Assembly: GCA_965214705.1 (NCBI GenBank)
Contig: OZ243972.1
Span: 2,208,001 to 2,272,000, forward strand
Length of the DNA stretch: 64,000 nucleotides
Direction: 5' to 3'
From: Alphaproteobacteria bacterium
GTDB taxonomy: Bacteria > Pseudomonadota > Alphaproteobacteria > UBA828
Shown: positions 30,917 to 41,566 of the stretch, one piece after another
Layout: each line of letters opens with the position of its first letter
Numbering within the stretch: position 1 is the stretch's first letter
Program-made: the position numbers and the translations under genes
The notes under the pieces: generated by a model
The model's input: only the letters and a program-made list of their open reading frames with translations
Databases searched by the model: none
Told to the model about the DNA's origin: nothing

Positions 30917-32061
30917 ACGTTTCCCTCTCCAACGAGCCCCGCGCGCTGACCGACACCGAGCGGCTCGACTGGCTGCGCCTCGCCCGCAGCGAGAATGTCG
31001 GCCCGATCACCTTCTTCGCTCTGCTGGAGCGCTTCGGCTCCCCCGCCGCCGTGCTCGACGCGCTGCCTGCGCTCGCGCGCCGCGGCGGCCGCCGGCGCCC
31101 CATCAAGGTCTGCGCGCGCGCCACGGCCGAGCGCGAGATCGAGGCGCTGGACCGGCTCGGCGGGCACCTGATCGCCGTGGGCGAGCCCGCCTATCCGCTG
31201 GCGCTCGCCGCCATCGACGATCCGCCTCCGGTCATCGCCCTGCGTGGGCGCCTGGACCTGCTCAAGAGCGACTGCGTCGCCGTGGTCGGCGCGCGCAACG
31301 CGTCTGCGAACGGGCTTCACTTCGCCGAGCGGCTGGCGACGGACCTCGGCACGGCCGGGCTCACCGTGGTCTCCGGCATGGCGCGAGGCATCGACGCCAA
31401 CGCCCACGCCGGCGCGCTTCCGACCGGCACGGTGGCGGTCATGGGCGGCGGGGTCGATGTGCTCTATCCCAAGGAGAACCGGTCGCTCTTCGAGCGGCTC
31501 GTGGCGGAGGGTACGGTCATCGCGGAGGTGCCGCTCGGCACCGTGCCGATGGGGCGCCACTTCCCGCGCCGCAACCGCATCATCGCCGGGCTCTCCCGCG
31601 GCGTCGTGATCGTCGAGGGCGCGGCGCGTTCCGGCTCGCTGATCACGGCGCGGCTCGCGCTGGAACAGGGCCGCGAAGTGATGGCGGTGCCTGGCTCGCC
31701 CCTCGACCCCCGCGCCAGCGGTCCTAACCGCTTGATTCGCCAGGGAGCCACGCTGGTGGAGAACGCCGACCACGTACTCGAAGCGCTCGCCGAAGGCGGC
31801 CGCCAGGCGCTCAGCGAACCCCGGCAGCGCTGGCCGTCCGACACCGCTCCCGGCCCGCCCGAGGACGACGACACACCCGCCGACGCACGCGAGTCCGTCA
31901 TCGCATTGCTCGGCCCGAGCCCGGTCCCGGTGGACATGCTGGTCAGGCAGAGCCGGTTGACTCCCGCGATGGTGGCAACCATTTTGCTTGAGCTTGAGTT
32001 GGCGGGGCGCCTGGAGCGGCAGCCCGGCAACCGCGTTTCACTTTCCCGGCCGGCGGCGTAG
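30913..32061 (+). CDS. dprA: DNA processing protein DprA
   Basis: VGARNAS, VSGMARGID, FPRRNRII and SGSLITA motifs. Confidence 0.96.
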   Translation: MNVSLSNEPRALTDTERLDWLRLARSENVGPITFFALLERFGSPAAVLDALPALARRGGRRRPIKVCARATAEREIEALDRLGGHLIAVGEPAYPLALAAIDDPPPVIALRGRLDLLKSDCVAVVGARNASANGLHFAERLATDLGTAGLTVVSGMARGIDANAHAGALPTGTVAVMGGGVDVLYPKENRSLFERLVAEGTVIAEVPLGTVPMGRHFPRRNRIIAGLSRGVVIVEGAARSGSLITARLALEQGREVMAVPGSPLDPRASGPNRLIRQGATLVENADHVLEALAEGGRQALSEPRQRWPSDTAPGPPEDDDTPADARESVIALLGPSPVPVDMLVRQSRLTPAMVATILLELELAGRLERQPGNRVSLSRPAA

Positions 32062-32096
32062 CGCCGCCCGATGACGCTACCAACAATCGTTTCAGG

Positions 32097-34715
32097 ATGA
32101 ACGTCGTCGTCGTTGAATCGCCCACCAAGGCGTCCACCATCGGCAGGTACCTGGGGCCCGACTACAAGGTCGTGGCCTCCTACGGCCACGTGCGCGACCT
32201 CCTGCCCAAGGACGGCTCGGTGCGGCCGGACGATGCCTTCGCCATGGACTGGACCGTCGCCGACGGTGCCGAGAAGCACATCGGCGCCATCCGCAAGGCG
32301 CTCCGAGGCGCGAACCATCTCTATCTCGCCACCGACCCCGACCGCGAGGGCGAGGCGATCTCCTGGCACGTGCGCGACGAGCTCGGCCGGCGCGGGCTGC
32401 TGGACGGCGTTGCGGTCAAGCGCGTGGTCTTCACCGAGGTCACCAAGTCCGCCGTGCTCGACGCCATGGCCGCCCCCCGCGACCTCGACGACAACCTGAT
32501 CGACGCCTACAGGGCGCGCCGCGCGCTCGACTATCTGGTGGGCTTCACGCTCTCGCCGGTGCTCTGGCGCAAGCTCCCCGGCTCGCGCTCGGCCGGCCGC
32601 GTGCAATCGGTCGCGCTCCGCCTGATATGCGCGCGCGAGCTCGAGATCGAAGCCTTCAAGCCGCGCGAGTACTGGTCGATCGAGGTCGATCTCGACACGC
32701 CCAGGGGCGAGCGCATGGTGGCCCGCCTCGCTGCCCTCGACGGCGAGAAGCTCGGCAAGTATGCGCTCGGCGACCAGGCTGCGGCCGAACAGGCAGCCAA
32801 ACTCGTCCGCGCCGGGCGCTACTGCATCGCTGCCGTCGAGCCCAAGCGGGTCAAGCGCAATCCGGCGCCCCCCTTCACCACCTCCACCCTGCAGCAGGAG
32901 GCCTCGCGCAAGCTCGGCTTCGCCGCGCGTCGCACCATGCAGGTGGCCCAGCAGCTCTACGAGGGCATCGCCGTAGGCGGCGAGCAGGTGGGCCTCATCA
33001 CCTACATGCGGACCGACGGCGTGCAGATCGCCGAACAAGCGCTGCGCCAGGCACGCGACGTGATCGGGCAACGCTACGGCTCCAACTACGTGCCCGAGAA
33101 GCCCCGCCGTTACCGCACCAAGGCGAAGAACGCACAGGAGGCCCACGAGGCGATCCGCCCCACCGATCTCGCCCGCACGCCTCAGTCGCTCTCGGCCGTT
33201 CTCAAGAAGGATCAGGCGCGGCTCTACGAGCTGATCTGGAAGCGCGCGCTCGCGAGCCAGATGGCAAGCGCCGAGATCGACCGGGTGAGCGTGGATATCG
33301 CCTCCGACGACGGCCGCACTGGCCTCCGCGCTACTGGCCAGACGATCGCCTTCGACGGCTTCTTGCGCGTCTATCAGGAGGGCCGCGACGACGCCCGGCG
33401 CGACAACGGCGACGACGCGGACGGCGAGCGCAGGCTGCCGGCGGTCACCGTGGGCGAGGCGATGGCGGTCGCCGGCGTCACCCCGAACAAGCACGTGACC
33501 GAGCCGCCGCCGCGTTTCTCCGAAGCGAGCCTGGTCAGGCGACTGGAGGAGCTCGGCATCGGCCGCCCCTCCACCTACGCCTCGATCATCTCGGTGCTGC
33601 AGGACCGCAACTACGTACGCCTGGAGAAGCGCCGCTTCGTGCCGGAGGACCGCGGGCGCATCGTCACCGTGTTCCTCGAAAACTTCTTCAGCCGCTACGT
33701 CGAGTACGATTTCACCGCCTCGCTCGAAGGCCAGCTCGATACCATCTCCGCCGGCGAGATCGACTGGCGGGCGGTGCTGAGCGATTTCTGGCGGGACTTC
33801 GCGGGCGCGGTCGAGGAGACCAAGGGGCTCCGGGTCAAGCATGTGCTCGACGCCCTCGACGAGACCCTCGGCCTGCACCTCTTCCCCGCCGAGGACGGCG
33901 GCGAGGACCGCCGCTGCCCCTCCTGCGCGGACGGACGGCTCGGGCTCAAGCTCGGGCGCTACGGCCCCTTCGTCGGCTGCGCCAACTATCCCGAGTGCAA
34001 GTACACGCGCCCGCTCGCCGACAACGGCGGCGATGCGGCGGAGCCCCGCGCGCTGGGGAACGACCCCGAGAGCGGGCTGCCGATCCTGCTGAAGCGCGGT
34101 CCCTACGGCCTCTACGTCGAGCGCGGCGTGGACGGCACCACCAAGGAGAAGCCCAAGCGGGTCTCCCTGCCCCAGGACCTCGCGCCCGACCTGGTCGATC
34201 TCCAGACGGCGCTCGGTCTGCTCTCGCTCCCGCGCGAGATCGGCGCTCATCCCGAAACCGGCAAGCCGGTCACCGCCGGCATCGGCCGCTTCGGCGCCTA
34301 CGTCAAGCACGATGGCGCCTATCGCTCGCTGCCGCGCGGCGAGAACGTGCTGGACGTGGGCCTGAACCGTGCCGTGGTCCTGATCGCCGAGAAGAAGGGC
34401 GGCGCGCGTCTGCTCCGCGAGCTCGGCGCCCATCCCGACGGCGGCCAGGCTGTAACGCTCCACACAGGCCGCTACGGGCCCTACGTCCAGCATGGGAGGC
34501 TGCGGGCCTCGCTGCCCAAAGGCGCGTCCGACGACGATCTCACCTTGGATGAGGCGGTCAAGCTGCTCGCCGCCAAGGCGGCCAAGGGCGGCGCCAAGAA
34601 GAAGAGTGCCGGGCGCGGGCGCAAGTCCGCAACGGCCAAGACCGGCACGGCGCGGTCGAAGGCCAAGCGCGGCTCGCGCCGACAAGCGGACGCGCCGGCC
34701 GACGGCGCGCCCTAG
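32097..34715 (+). CDS. topA: DNA topoisomerase I
   Basis: VVESPTKA, ATDPDREGE, SAGRVQS, ITYMRTD and GIGRPSTY motifs, C-terminal repeats and a basic tail. Confidence 0.97.
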   Translation: MNVVVVESPTKASTIGRYLGPDYKVVASYGHVRDLLPKDGSVRPDDAFAMDWTVADGAEKHIGAIRKALRGANHLYLATDPDREGEAISWHVRDELGRRGLLDGVAVKRVVFTEVTKSAVLDAMAAPRDLDDNLIDAYRARRALDYLVGFTLSPVLWRKLPGSRSAGRVQSVALRLICARELEIEAFKPREYWSIEVDLDTPRGERMVARLAALDGEKLGKYALGDQAAAEQAAKLVRAGRYCIAAVEPKRVKRNPAPPFTTSTLQQEASRKLGFAARRTMQVAQQLYEGIAVGGEQVGLITYMRTDGVQIAEQALRQARDVIGQRYGSNYVPEKPRRYRTKAKNAQEAHEAIRPTDLARTPQSLSAVLKKDQARLYELIWKRALASQMASAEIDRVSVDIASDDGRTGLRATGQTIAFDGFLRVYQEGRDDARRDNGDDADGERRLPAVTVGEAMAVAGVTPNKHVTEPPPRFSEASLVRRLEELGIGRPSTYASIISVLQDRNYVRLEKRRFVPEDRGRIVTVFLENFFSRYVEYDFTASLEGQLDTISAGEIDWRAVLSDFWRDFAGAVEETKGLRVKHVLDALDETLGLHLFPAEDGGEDRRCPSCADGRLGLKLGRYGPFVGCANYPECKYTRPLADNGGDAAEPRALGNDPESGLPILLKRGPYGLYVERGVDGTTKEKPKRVSLPQDLAPDLVDLQTALGLLSLPREIGAHPETGKPVTAGIGRFGAYVKHDGAYRSLPRGENVLDVGLNRAVVLIAEKKGGARLLRELGAHPDGGQAVTLHTGRYGPYVQHGRLRASLPKGASDDDLTLDEAVKLLAAKAAKGGAKKKSAGRGRKSATAKTGTARSKAKRGSRRQADAPADGAP

Positions 34716-34730
34716 CGGCGCGCGGCGCTC

Positions 34731-36935
34731 TTGACGAGCAAGCCGGCTCCCTTTCCGACCAGGGACGAGGTTCTGCGCTTTGTTCGGGAGAGTCCGGGCA
34801 AGACGGGAATGCGTGAGATTGCCCGCGCCTTCAACATCCGCGGCAACGACCGCGCCGCGCTGAAGGATCTCGTGCGCGCGCTGGAGGCGGAGGGCGCAAT
34901 CGACGCCCGCCGCACGCGGCGGCGCCCCGCCGGCACCCTGCCGTCGGTCACGGTGCTGGAGGTCGACGGGCTCGACCAGGACGGCGCGCTCACGGCTCGT
35001 CCGACGCGCTGGGACGAAGACGATCCGCCCCCGCGGATCACCCTCGACCCCGCCCCCCGCGGCGTGCCCGAGCCGGGGGAAGGCGATCGCGTGCTTGCGC
35101 GGCTCAGGCCCGCGCCCGATGGCGGCTACCTGGCGCGGCCCATGCGCGTGCTCGATGCCGGCCCCCGCCGGGTGGTCGGGGTCTTCCGCGCCACCGGTAG
35201 CGGCGGGGGCGTGATCGCGCCGGCCGAGCGCCGCGCCCGCCGCAGCCTCGCGGTGCCGGCGGAGCAGACAGCCGGCGCCCGCACGGGCGAGCTGGTGGTG
35301 GGCGAGACCGAGCCCGGCAGCCGCCTCGGGCTGGCCGACGCCAAAGTAATCGAGCGGCTGGGCGACGCGGACTCGCCCGGCGCGATCAGCCTCGCCGCGA
35401 TCCACGCCCACGACCTACCGTTCCGCTTCTCCGACGCGGCGCTGGCGGAGGCGGAGCGTGCAACGCCGCCGGGCCTCGACGGACGCGCCGACCTGCGGAC
35501 GCTGCCTCTCGTGACCATCGACGGCGCGGACGCCCGCGATTTCGACGACGCGGTCTGGGCCGAGCCCGATCCATCGCCCGACAACAATGGCGGCTGGCGC
35601 GCTCTCGTCGCCATCGCCGACGTGGCCCACTACGTGCGGCCCGGCAGCGCCCTCGACAAGGCGGCGCAGGAGCGCGGCAACTCCACCTACTTCCCCGATC
35701 GCGTGGTGCCGATGCTGCCGGAGGCGCTCTCCGCCGAGCTCTGCTCGCTGAAGCCGGATGTCGACCGCGCCTGCCTCGCCGCGCACCTCCGCATCGACGC
35801 CGAGGGCGAACTACGCGACTGGCGCTTCGAGCGCGCGCTCATGCGCTCAGCCGCCCGGCTCACCTACGACGAGGTTCAGGCCGCCGCCGAGCGCGACGGC
35901 GAGGGCCTGGCGGCGCCGGTTCGTGCCTCGATCGCCGCGCTCTACGGCGTCTACGGCGCGCTCAAGGCAGCGCGCGACCGGCGCGGCGCGCTCGACCTGG
36001 AGCTGCCGGAGCGTGAGATCACGCTGGCAGAGGACGGCACGGTCGCCCGCATCGGCTTCGCCCGCCGCCACGACAGCCACCGCCTGATCGAGGAGCTGAT
36101 GATCGCGGCCAACGTCGCCGCCGCCAGCGCCCTCGAAGCCAAGCGCATGCCCTGCGTGTACCGCGTCCACGACCGGCCCGATACCGCGAAGCTGGACGTG
36201 CTGCGCGAGTTCCTCCGTAGCCGCGGGATCGCTCTGCCGCGCGGCGGGGCCATCCGTCCCGACGCCTTCAATCGCTTCCTCGCCCTGCTCGAGAACCCGC
36301 GCGATGCCGGCATCGCCAGCCTGATGATCCTGCGCGCCCAGGCGCAGGCCGCCTACAGCCCGCGCAACATCGGCCACTACGGGCTCGGCCTCGTGCGCTA
36401 TGCCCACTTCACTTCGCCCATCCGCCGCTATGCCGACCTGCTGGTGCATCGCGCCCTGATCGACGCTCATGACCTCGGGTCGGGCGGGCATGGCCGCACC
36501 GAACCGGAGGCGCTGGAGCGCATCGGCACGCACATTTCCTCCACCGAGCGGCACGCGCAGGCCGCCGAGCGCGATGCCGGGGATCGCTATTGCGCCGCCT
36601 ATCTGGCCGATCGCGTGGACGCCGAGTTCTCCGGCCGCATCGCGGGCGTGACGCGATTCGGCATCTTCGTCGCCCTCGACGAGACCGGCGCCGAGGGCCT
36701 GGTGCCTGGCGCGACCCTCGGCGCCGCCCGTCCGCGTTTCGACTCCCGCCGGCACTCGCTCGCGGTCGACGGCCGCGTGCTGCGACTGGGCGATTCGGTG
36801 ACCGTGACGCTCCGCGAGGCCGATCCCGTGGCCGGCGGCCTCGTCTTCTCGCTCTCTGCCGTGAACGGCGAGGCCTGGGAGTCGTCGCGGGGCCATGACG
36901 GCGGGCGGCGCGGAAGGCCGCGGCGGCGGCGCTGA
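34731..36935 (+). CDS. rnr: Ribonuclease R
   Basis: TIDGADARDFDDA and HFTSPIRRYADL motifs, plus an S1 domain. Confidence 0.93.
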   Translation: MTSKPAPFPTRDEVLRFVRESPGKTGMREIARAFNIRGNDRAALKDLVRALEAEGAIDARRTRRRPAGTLPSVTVLEVDGLDQDGALTARPTRWDEDDPPPRITLDPAPRGVPEPGEGDRVLARLRPAPDGGYLARPMRVLDAGPRRVVGVFRATGSGGGVIAPAERRARRSLAVPAEQTAGARTGELVVGETEPGSRLGLADAKVIERLGDADSPGAISLAAIHAHDLPFRFSDAALAEAERATPPGLDGRADLRTLPLVTIDGADARDFDDAVWAEPDPSPDNNGGWRALVAIADVAHYVRPGSALDKAAQERGNSTYFPDRVVPMLPEALSAELCSLKPDVDRACLAAHLRIDAEGELRDWRFERALMRSAARLTYDEVQAAAERDGEGLAAPVRASIAALYGVYGALKAARDRRGALDLELPEREITLAEDGTVARIGFARRHDSHRLIEELMIAANVAAASALEAKRMPCVYRVHDRPDTAKLDVLREFLRSRGIALPRGGAIRPDAFNRFLALLENPRDAGIASLMILRAQAQAAYSPRNIGHYGLGLVRYAHFTSPIRRYADLLVHRALIDAHDLGSGGHGRTEPEALERIGTHISSTERHAQAAERDAGDRYCAAYLADRVDAEFSGRIAGVTRFGIFVALDETGAEGLVPGATLGAARPRFDSRRHSLAVDGRVLRLGDSVTVTLREADPVAGGLVFSLSAVNGEAWESSRGHDGGRRGRPRRRR

Positions 36936-36937
36936 TC

Positions 36938-38149
36938 GTGTCCCCCGCCCGCACCCGTTGGGACATCGTGGCCCTCGCCTTCACGGCCGGCTACATGGTG
37001 GGCATGCAGGTCGGCAAGGTGCCGCCCGCGCTGCCGATGCTGGAGGCGGAGCTCGCCCTGCCCCGCGTCATCGCGGGGCTGATCGCGTCATCCTTCTACG
37101 GCCTCGGCGCGGTCCTGGGCGTTGCCGGCGGGGTGATAGTCGACCGGGCGGGCATCGGGCGCATGGTCTTCGTGGGCGGCGCCGTGATGGCCTGCGCGAG
37201 CCTCGCCGGCGGCTTCGCGGAGAACGGGGCGCAACTGCTCGCGGCCCGCGTCGTCGAAGGCTTCGGCTTCGCCACCCTCACGGTCGCCGGGCCCAAGATG
37301 CTCGTCGCCGCGACCGATCCCGGCGTGCGCCGCTTCGTCCTCGGCGTCTGGGGCACCTACATGCCGGTCGGCATCGCGCTCTCGCTGGTGATCGCGACGG
37401 TGCTGCTGGAGACGGTCGGCTGGCGCGGTCTCTGGTTCATCAATACCGGGCTTATCTTGCTCTTCCTCGTGACTTTCGCTTGGGTCGCGGCGCCGGGGCG
37501 CTGGCAGATGCCGGCGGCGGTCAGCACGTTCGACCGCGCCGGCGTGCGCGCGACTCTGGCGCGGCCGGGACCGTGGCTTTTCGGCGTTGCCTTCGCGATA
37601 TTCGCCGTGCAGTGGCAGGCGCTGATGGCGTGGCTGCCCACCTTCCTGATCGAGACGCAAGGCCGCTCGGTCGAGGCTGCCGCGCTCTTCACCGCGCTCT
37701 TCGTCCTCGCCACCACTGTGGGCTCCGTAACCAGTGCGTGGCTCTTGCAGCGCGGCGTCGCGCGTTGGCTGCTGCTGGGCCTCACCTTCACAGGCATGGG
37801 CGTGTGCGCCGCGACGCTCTTCGCGCCCTTCACGCCTGTCGGCGCCAAGATCCCGCTGGCCGTCTGCTTCGCCTTGGCGGGTGGCCCGCTGCCCGCCGTC
37901 TGCTTCGAAGGCGGCATCGCCCACGCGCCAAGCCAGGCGCAGGTGGCGATGGCCGGCGGTTTCGTCGCGCAGGGAGCCGCGCTCGGCGCCGTGCTCGGCC
38001 CGCCGCTGCTGGCTGCGGTGACCGAGGCCCTGGGCGGTTGGGACGCCGCGTGGTGGACCATGCTGGTCTGGTCCTCCCTCGGCATGGCGGTCGTGGTCGG
38101 TGTGTGGCGGGCGGACGCACGTCTCGGGCGATTGCCGGCTGCGGCATGA
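36938..38149 (+). CDS. MFS transporter
   Basis: About 12 hydrophobic segments and an MFS loop motif (VDRAGIGR). Confidence 0.85.
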   Translation: MSPARTRWDIVALAFTAGYMVGMQVGKVPPALPMLEAELALPRVIAGLIASSFYGLGAVLGVAGGVIVDRAGIGRMVFVGGAVMACASLAGGFAENGAQLLAARVVEGFGFATLTVAGPKMLVAATDPGVRRFVLGVWGTYMPVGIALSLVIATVLLETVGWRGLWFINTGLILLFLVTFAWVAAPGRWQMPAAVSTFDRAGVRATLARPGPWLFGVAFAIFAVQWQALMAWLPTFLIETQGRSVEAAALFTALFVLATTVGSVTSAWLLQRGVARWLLLGLTFTGMGVCAATLFAPFTPVGAKIPLAVCFALAGGPLPAVCFEGGIAHAPSQAQVAMAGGFVAQGAALGAVLGPPLLAAVTEALGGWDAAWWTMLVWSSLGMAVVVGVWRADARLGRLPAAA

Positions 38150-39138
38150 TGGGCGGGCGCTCTCTGGTGCGCACCCTCATTGCAGCAGCCATGGTCGGCG
38201 CGCTGGCGCTGGCCTGCGGCTATGCGTTCGCGGCATCCACCTCACTCTCTGCGCGCCCGGTCGCCCTCGACCCCACCGACCGCACGGTGCAGCGCGTAGG
38301 CCGCCTGCACTTCCTTGGCGGGTTGGACCTGCGCAGCAAAGAGGCGGCATTCGGGGGTCTCTCCGGCCTCGATGTCACGTCCGACGGGCAACTCACCGCC
38401 ATCACCGACCGCGGCCACTGGTTTACCGCCCGCATCGTGCGGGACGATGCCGGACGCCTCGTGGGCCTGGCGGACGCCGCGCTGGGACCGCTACTCGACA
38501 CGAAGGGCCGGCCGCTGCAGGGTGAGTGGCGCGACGCCGAGGCACTGGAGCGCCTGCCGGGTGGCGACTGGCTGGTGAGCTTCGAGCAGCGTCACCGCGT
38601 CTGGCGCTACCCGGCGGAGACCGGCGGGCTGCAGGGCCGCCCCGCGCCTTTCCAGACGCCGAAGGGTATCGCGGCCGCCCCCGGCAACGGCGGGCTGGAG
38701 GCGCTCACGCCGCCTGCCGACGGCCGCATCCTGATGCTGGCGGAGAGCCTCGGGCGCGCCGGCGGCTCCCGCGCCGGCTGGGTCGTCGGTGAGGGCGGCG
38801 TCGAGCCCCTCGGCTACCGCACCGCGCGGGACTTCAAGCCGACCGATGCGGCCACCCTGCCCAACGGCGACATGCTCGTGCTTTCGCGCTATTTCAAGCT
38901 ACTCGGCGGCTTCAAGGCGCGGCTCGAGCGGATTCCCGCCGGCGCCATCGAAGGCGGCGCCGTGCTGAAGGGCGAGCTTCTCGCCCGCTTCGCACCGCCG
39001 CTCACTGTGGACAACTTCGAGGGCCTGGCGGTCACGCGCGATGCGGACGGCGCAACACTCGTCTACATCCTCTCCGACGACAACTTCCATTTCCTCCAGC
39101 GCACGCTCCTGCTCCTCTTCCGCCTGAACGAACCCTGA
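38146..39138 (+). CDS. Esterase-like activity of phytase family protein
   Basis: Signal peptide; FGGLSGL, DAEAL, DNFEGL and ILSDDNF motifs. Confidence 0.85.
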   Translation: MMGGRSLVRTLIAAAMVGALALACGYAFAASTSLSARPVALDPTDRTVQRVGRLHFLGGLDLRSKEAAFGGLSGLDVTSDGQLTAITDRGHWFTARIVRDDAGRLVGLADAALGPLLDTKGRPLQGEWRDAEALERLPGGDWLVSFEQRHRVWRYPAETGGLQGRPAPFQTPKGIAAAPGNGGLEALTPPADGRILMLAESLGRAGGSRAGWVVGEGGVEPLGYRTARDFKPTDAATLPNGDMLVLSRYFKLLGGFKARLERIPAGAIEGGAVLKGELLARFAPPLTVDNFEGLAVTRDADGATLVYILSDDNFHFLQRTLLLLFRLNEP

Positions 39139-39215
39139 CAGCCGCAGTTCCGCGCGGCGCCCGGCCGATGGTGCTACCATCGGGCCGAGAGGCAGAGCGG
39201 CGCGGGCGGAGAGTT

Positions 39216-40499
39216 ATGGGCTACACGATCGCGGAAAAGATCATGGGGCGCGCGAGCCGGGCGGGCGCGCCAGTGCCGGCCGGCGCGGAAGTCGAGGTCA
39301 AGCCCGACTACGTGCTGGGCTACGACTTCCCCGGCTACCTCGACCTCATCTTCAAGCAGATGAAGGAGGAGTTCGGCATCGAGCGCGTCGCCGAGCCGGA
39401 ACGCTACGCCCTCTTTATCGACCACATGGTGCCAGCCAACTCGCCCGAGGAGGAGGAACTGCACATCGTCACCCGCACCTGGTGCGCGGAGAACGGCGTC
39501 AGGCTGCACGAGCGCGAAGGCATCGGCCATCAGGTGGCGGCGGAAGCGGGCTACGCGGTACCCGGCGGCTTCGTCGTCCACTTCGACGGCCACATCGCGC
39601 AGCTCGGCGCCTTCGGCACGCTCGCCATCGGCATCCACACGCAGCTGCTGGAGGCCTTCGTCCGCGAGCGCATCGACTTCACCGTGCCCGAGACCACGCG
39701 GGTCAACCTCACCGGCACGCTTAGCCCCGGCGTCATGGCGCGCGACGTGTTCCACCACCTGGTGCGCGTGCTCGGGCCCCGCTCCTGCCGCTTTCAGGTG
39801 CTGGAGCTGGGCGGGCCGGCACTGGGCGACATTTCGCTGGAAGGGCGCCAGACCATCACTGGCCTCGCCATGTTCACCGGCGCGCTCACCGCGATCTGCA
39901 ACCCGGACCAGCTGGCCCTCGACTACGCACGCGCCCACGTGGCCCAACCCTTCGAGCCGCAGGCGAGCGACGAGGACGCCACCTACGCCGCGCTGCACGA
40001 GGTCGACCTGACCGATCTCGCGCCCATTGTCGTGGTGCCGCCCAACCCCGCCGCCACCGCCGATCTCGCGGACCACGCCGGGCTCGAAGTCCAGGCCGGC
40101 TATCTCGGCTCCTGCGCCTCCGGCCGGCTGGAGGACCTGCGCGCCGCCGCGGCGGTGCTCAAGGGCCGCCGCGTCGCGCCGGGATTCCAGCTCCACATCG
40201 TGCCGACGAGCCAGGCGATCATGGCCGACGCCGCCCGCGAGGGCCTGCTGACCACGCTGATCGAGGCCGGCGCCTTCGTCACCTCGTCGTCGTGCGACTA
40301 CTGCTACGGGCGGATCGCCACCATGACCGCCGGCCAGCGTGCGGTCTCCACCGGCACGCTCAACGTCACCGGGCGCATGGGGAGCCCGGATTCCGAGATC
40401 TATCTCTGCAATGCAGCGGCGGTGGCGGCATCGGCGCTGGAAGGGCGGATCGCCGACCCCCGCCCCTACCTCGCCGAAGGTATGGAGACTCGCCCGTGA
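39216..40499 (+). CDS. Aconitase-family (LeuC-like) hydratase large subunit, divergent
   Basis: IDHMVP, GIGHQV, GSCASG and CDYC [4Fe-4S] ligands. Confidence 0.85.
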   Translation: MGYTIAEKIMGRASRAGAPVPAGAEVEVKPDYVLGYDFPGYLDLIFKQMKEEFGIERVAEPERYALFIDHMVPANSPEEEELHIVTRTWCAENGVRLHEREGIGHQVAAEAGYAVPGGFVVHFDGHIAQLGAFGTLAIGIHTQLLEAFVRERIDFTVPETTRVNLTGTLSPGVMARDVFHHLVRVLGPRSCRFQVLELGGPALGDISLEGRQTITGLAMFTGALTAICNPDQLALDYARAHVAQPFEPQASDEDATYAALHEVDLTDLAPIVVVPPNPAATADLADHAGLEVQAGYLGSCASGRLEDLRAAAAVLKGRRVAPGFQLHIVPTSQAIMADAAREGLLTTLIEAGAFVTSSSCDYCYGRIATMTAGQRAVSTGTLNVTGRMGSPDSEIYLCNAAAVAASALEGRIADPRPYLAEGMETRP

Positions 40500-41014
40500 G
40501 CCTCACTCCCCTGCGTGGCCGCGTCGCCTACGTCTTCGAGGAGGCGGACTTCGACGTGGACCAGATCGTGGGCGTCGAGAACATCCGCCTCACCGATCCC
40601 GACGCGCTCGCCACTTGCGCCATGCGCCGCTTCGACCCCGGCTTCGCGGAGAAGGTCGCGCCTGGCGACGTGGTCGTCGGCGCCGAGAATTTCGGATACG
40701 GCCATCCCCACTTCGCACCGATGATCGGGCTGCGCCATCTGGGCATCCGCGCCGTCATCGCGGACTCCTTCGCCACCGGCTACTGGCGGGAAGAGATCGC
40801 CGAGGGCTTCCCCCAGATCGCCTGCCCCGGCATCACCGGCCTCGTCCAGCGTTGGGACGAGATCGAGATCGAGTGGGATACTGCCGAAGTTCGCAACCTG
40901 AGCCGGGGCGGTGCGCTGGCCATCGCCCCCTATTCCACCGCCGAGCGCGGCATGCTTCAGGCCGGCGGCCTGATCCCCTACCTGCGCGAAAAGCTCGCCG
41001 CCGGCGGCGGCTGA
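40496..41014 (+). CDS. Aconitase-family (LeuD-like) small subunit, divergent
   Basis: DVDQI, GAENFGYGHPH, VIADSFA and AGGLIPYL motifs. GTGA overlap with the large subunit. Confidence 0.85.
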   Translation: MSLTPLRGRVAYVFEEADFDVDQIVGVENIRLTDPDALATCAMRRFDPGFAEKVAPGDVVVGAENFGYGHPHFAPMIGLRHLGIRAVIADSFATGYWREEIAEGFPQIACPGITGLVQRWDEIEIEWDTAEVRNLSRGGALAIAPYSTAERGMLQAGGLIPYLREKLAAGGG

Positions 41015-41020
41015 GTCCTT

Positions 41021-41482
41021 TTACGATCCGGAGCGGTACTTCTCCGGCATCTGCGGGCTGTTGGCCGGATTGGTGTCGTGCTTGGCGAGCCGGGTCACCA
41101 CGCCGACGCCCACCAGCGGCGCGAGCGCGTCCCCCAGGGCGTCCGCCTTGTCCTTGGCGTAGACCTCCGCGCCGGCGACATGGATCGAGAACGATTTTTG
41201 GTACTTCGCCTGCTTGGCCGGGTCAGCGATCACCGCCTTGGTCCAGGCATAGAGGGGATAGTGCTCGATGCCGTGCTCCTCGGCCTCCGCGCAATAGCCG
41301 GCAAAGGCGTCGTATTGGCAGATCAGTCGCGCATCGTGGGCGGCGAGAATGTCCCGCAGCGGCCCGAGCCCCGGATGCTCCCCGCCGGCGCGCGCCGCCT
41401 CAGCGGCATCCTCCGCCAGATCGACGCGAAGCTGGTATTGCCACTGCTCCGCCGTCTCAGGCGCCAACGGCTCTTCCGCCAT
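41021..41482 (-). CDS. Hypothetical protein (about 153 aa)
   Basis: ATG 41482 after a GGAGG RBS; natural composition (CQYDAFAGYCAEAE, YPLYAWTK, HDTNPANSPQ). Confidence 0.75.
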   Translation of the reverse strand: MAEEPLAPETAEQWQYQLRVDLAEDAAEAARAGGEHPGLGPLRDILAAHDARLICQYDAFAGYCAEAEEHGIEHYPLYAWTKAVIADPAKQAKYQKSFSIHVAGAEVYAKDKADALGDALAPLVGVGVVTRLAKHDTNPANSPQMPEKYRSGS

Positions 41483-41566
41483 ACGAGTGCCTCCATTCCG
41501 CGCGCTCGCGCTGCGCGCCCATGGTGACGCGTCTCCCTGCCCCGCGCCAACGGCGAATCGTCCGCT

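Noticed and set aside
31464-35411. 1315-aa minus-strand ORF
   Set aside because: Antisense shadow of dprA/topA/rnr, as expected in high-GC DNA; no motifs.
39216-41014. Calling the pair leuC/leuD
   Set aside because: Substrate-binding and catalytic motifs differ, and there is no leuB/leuA context.
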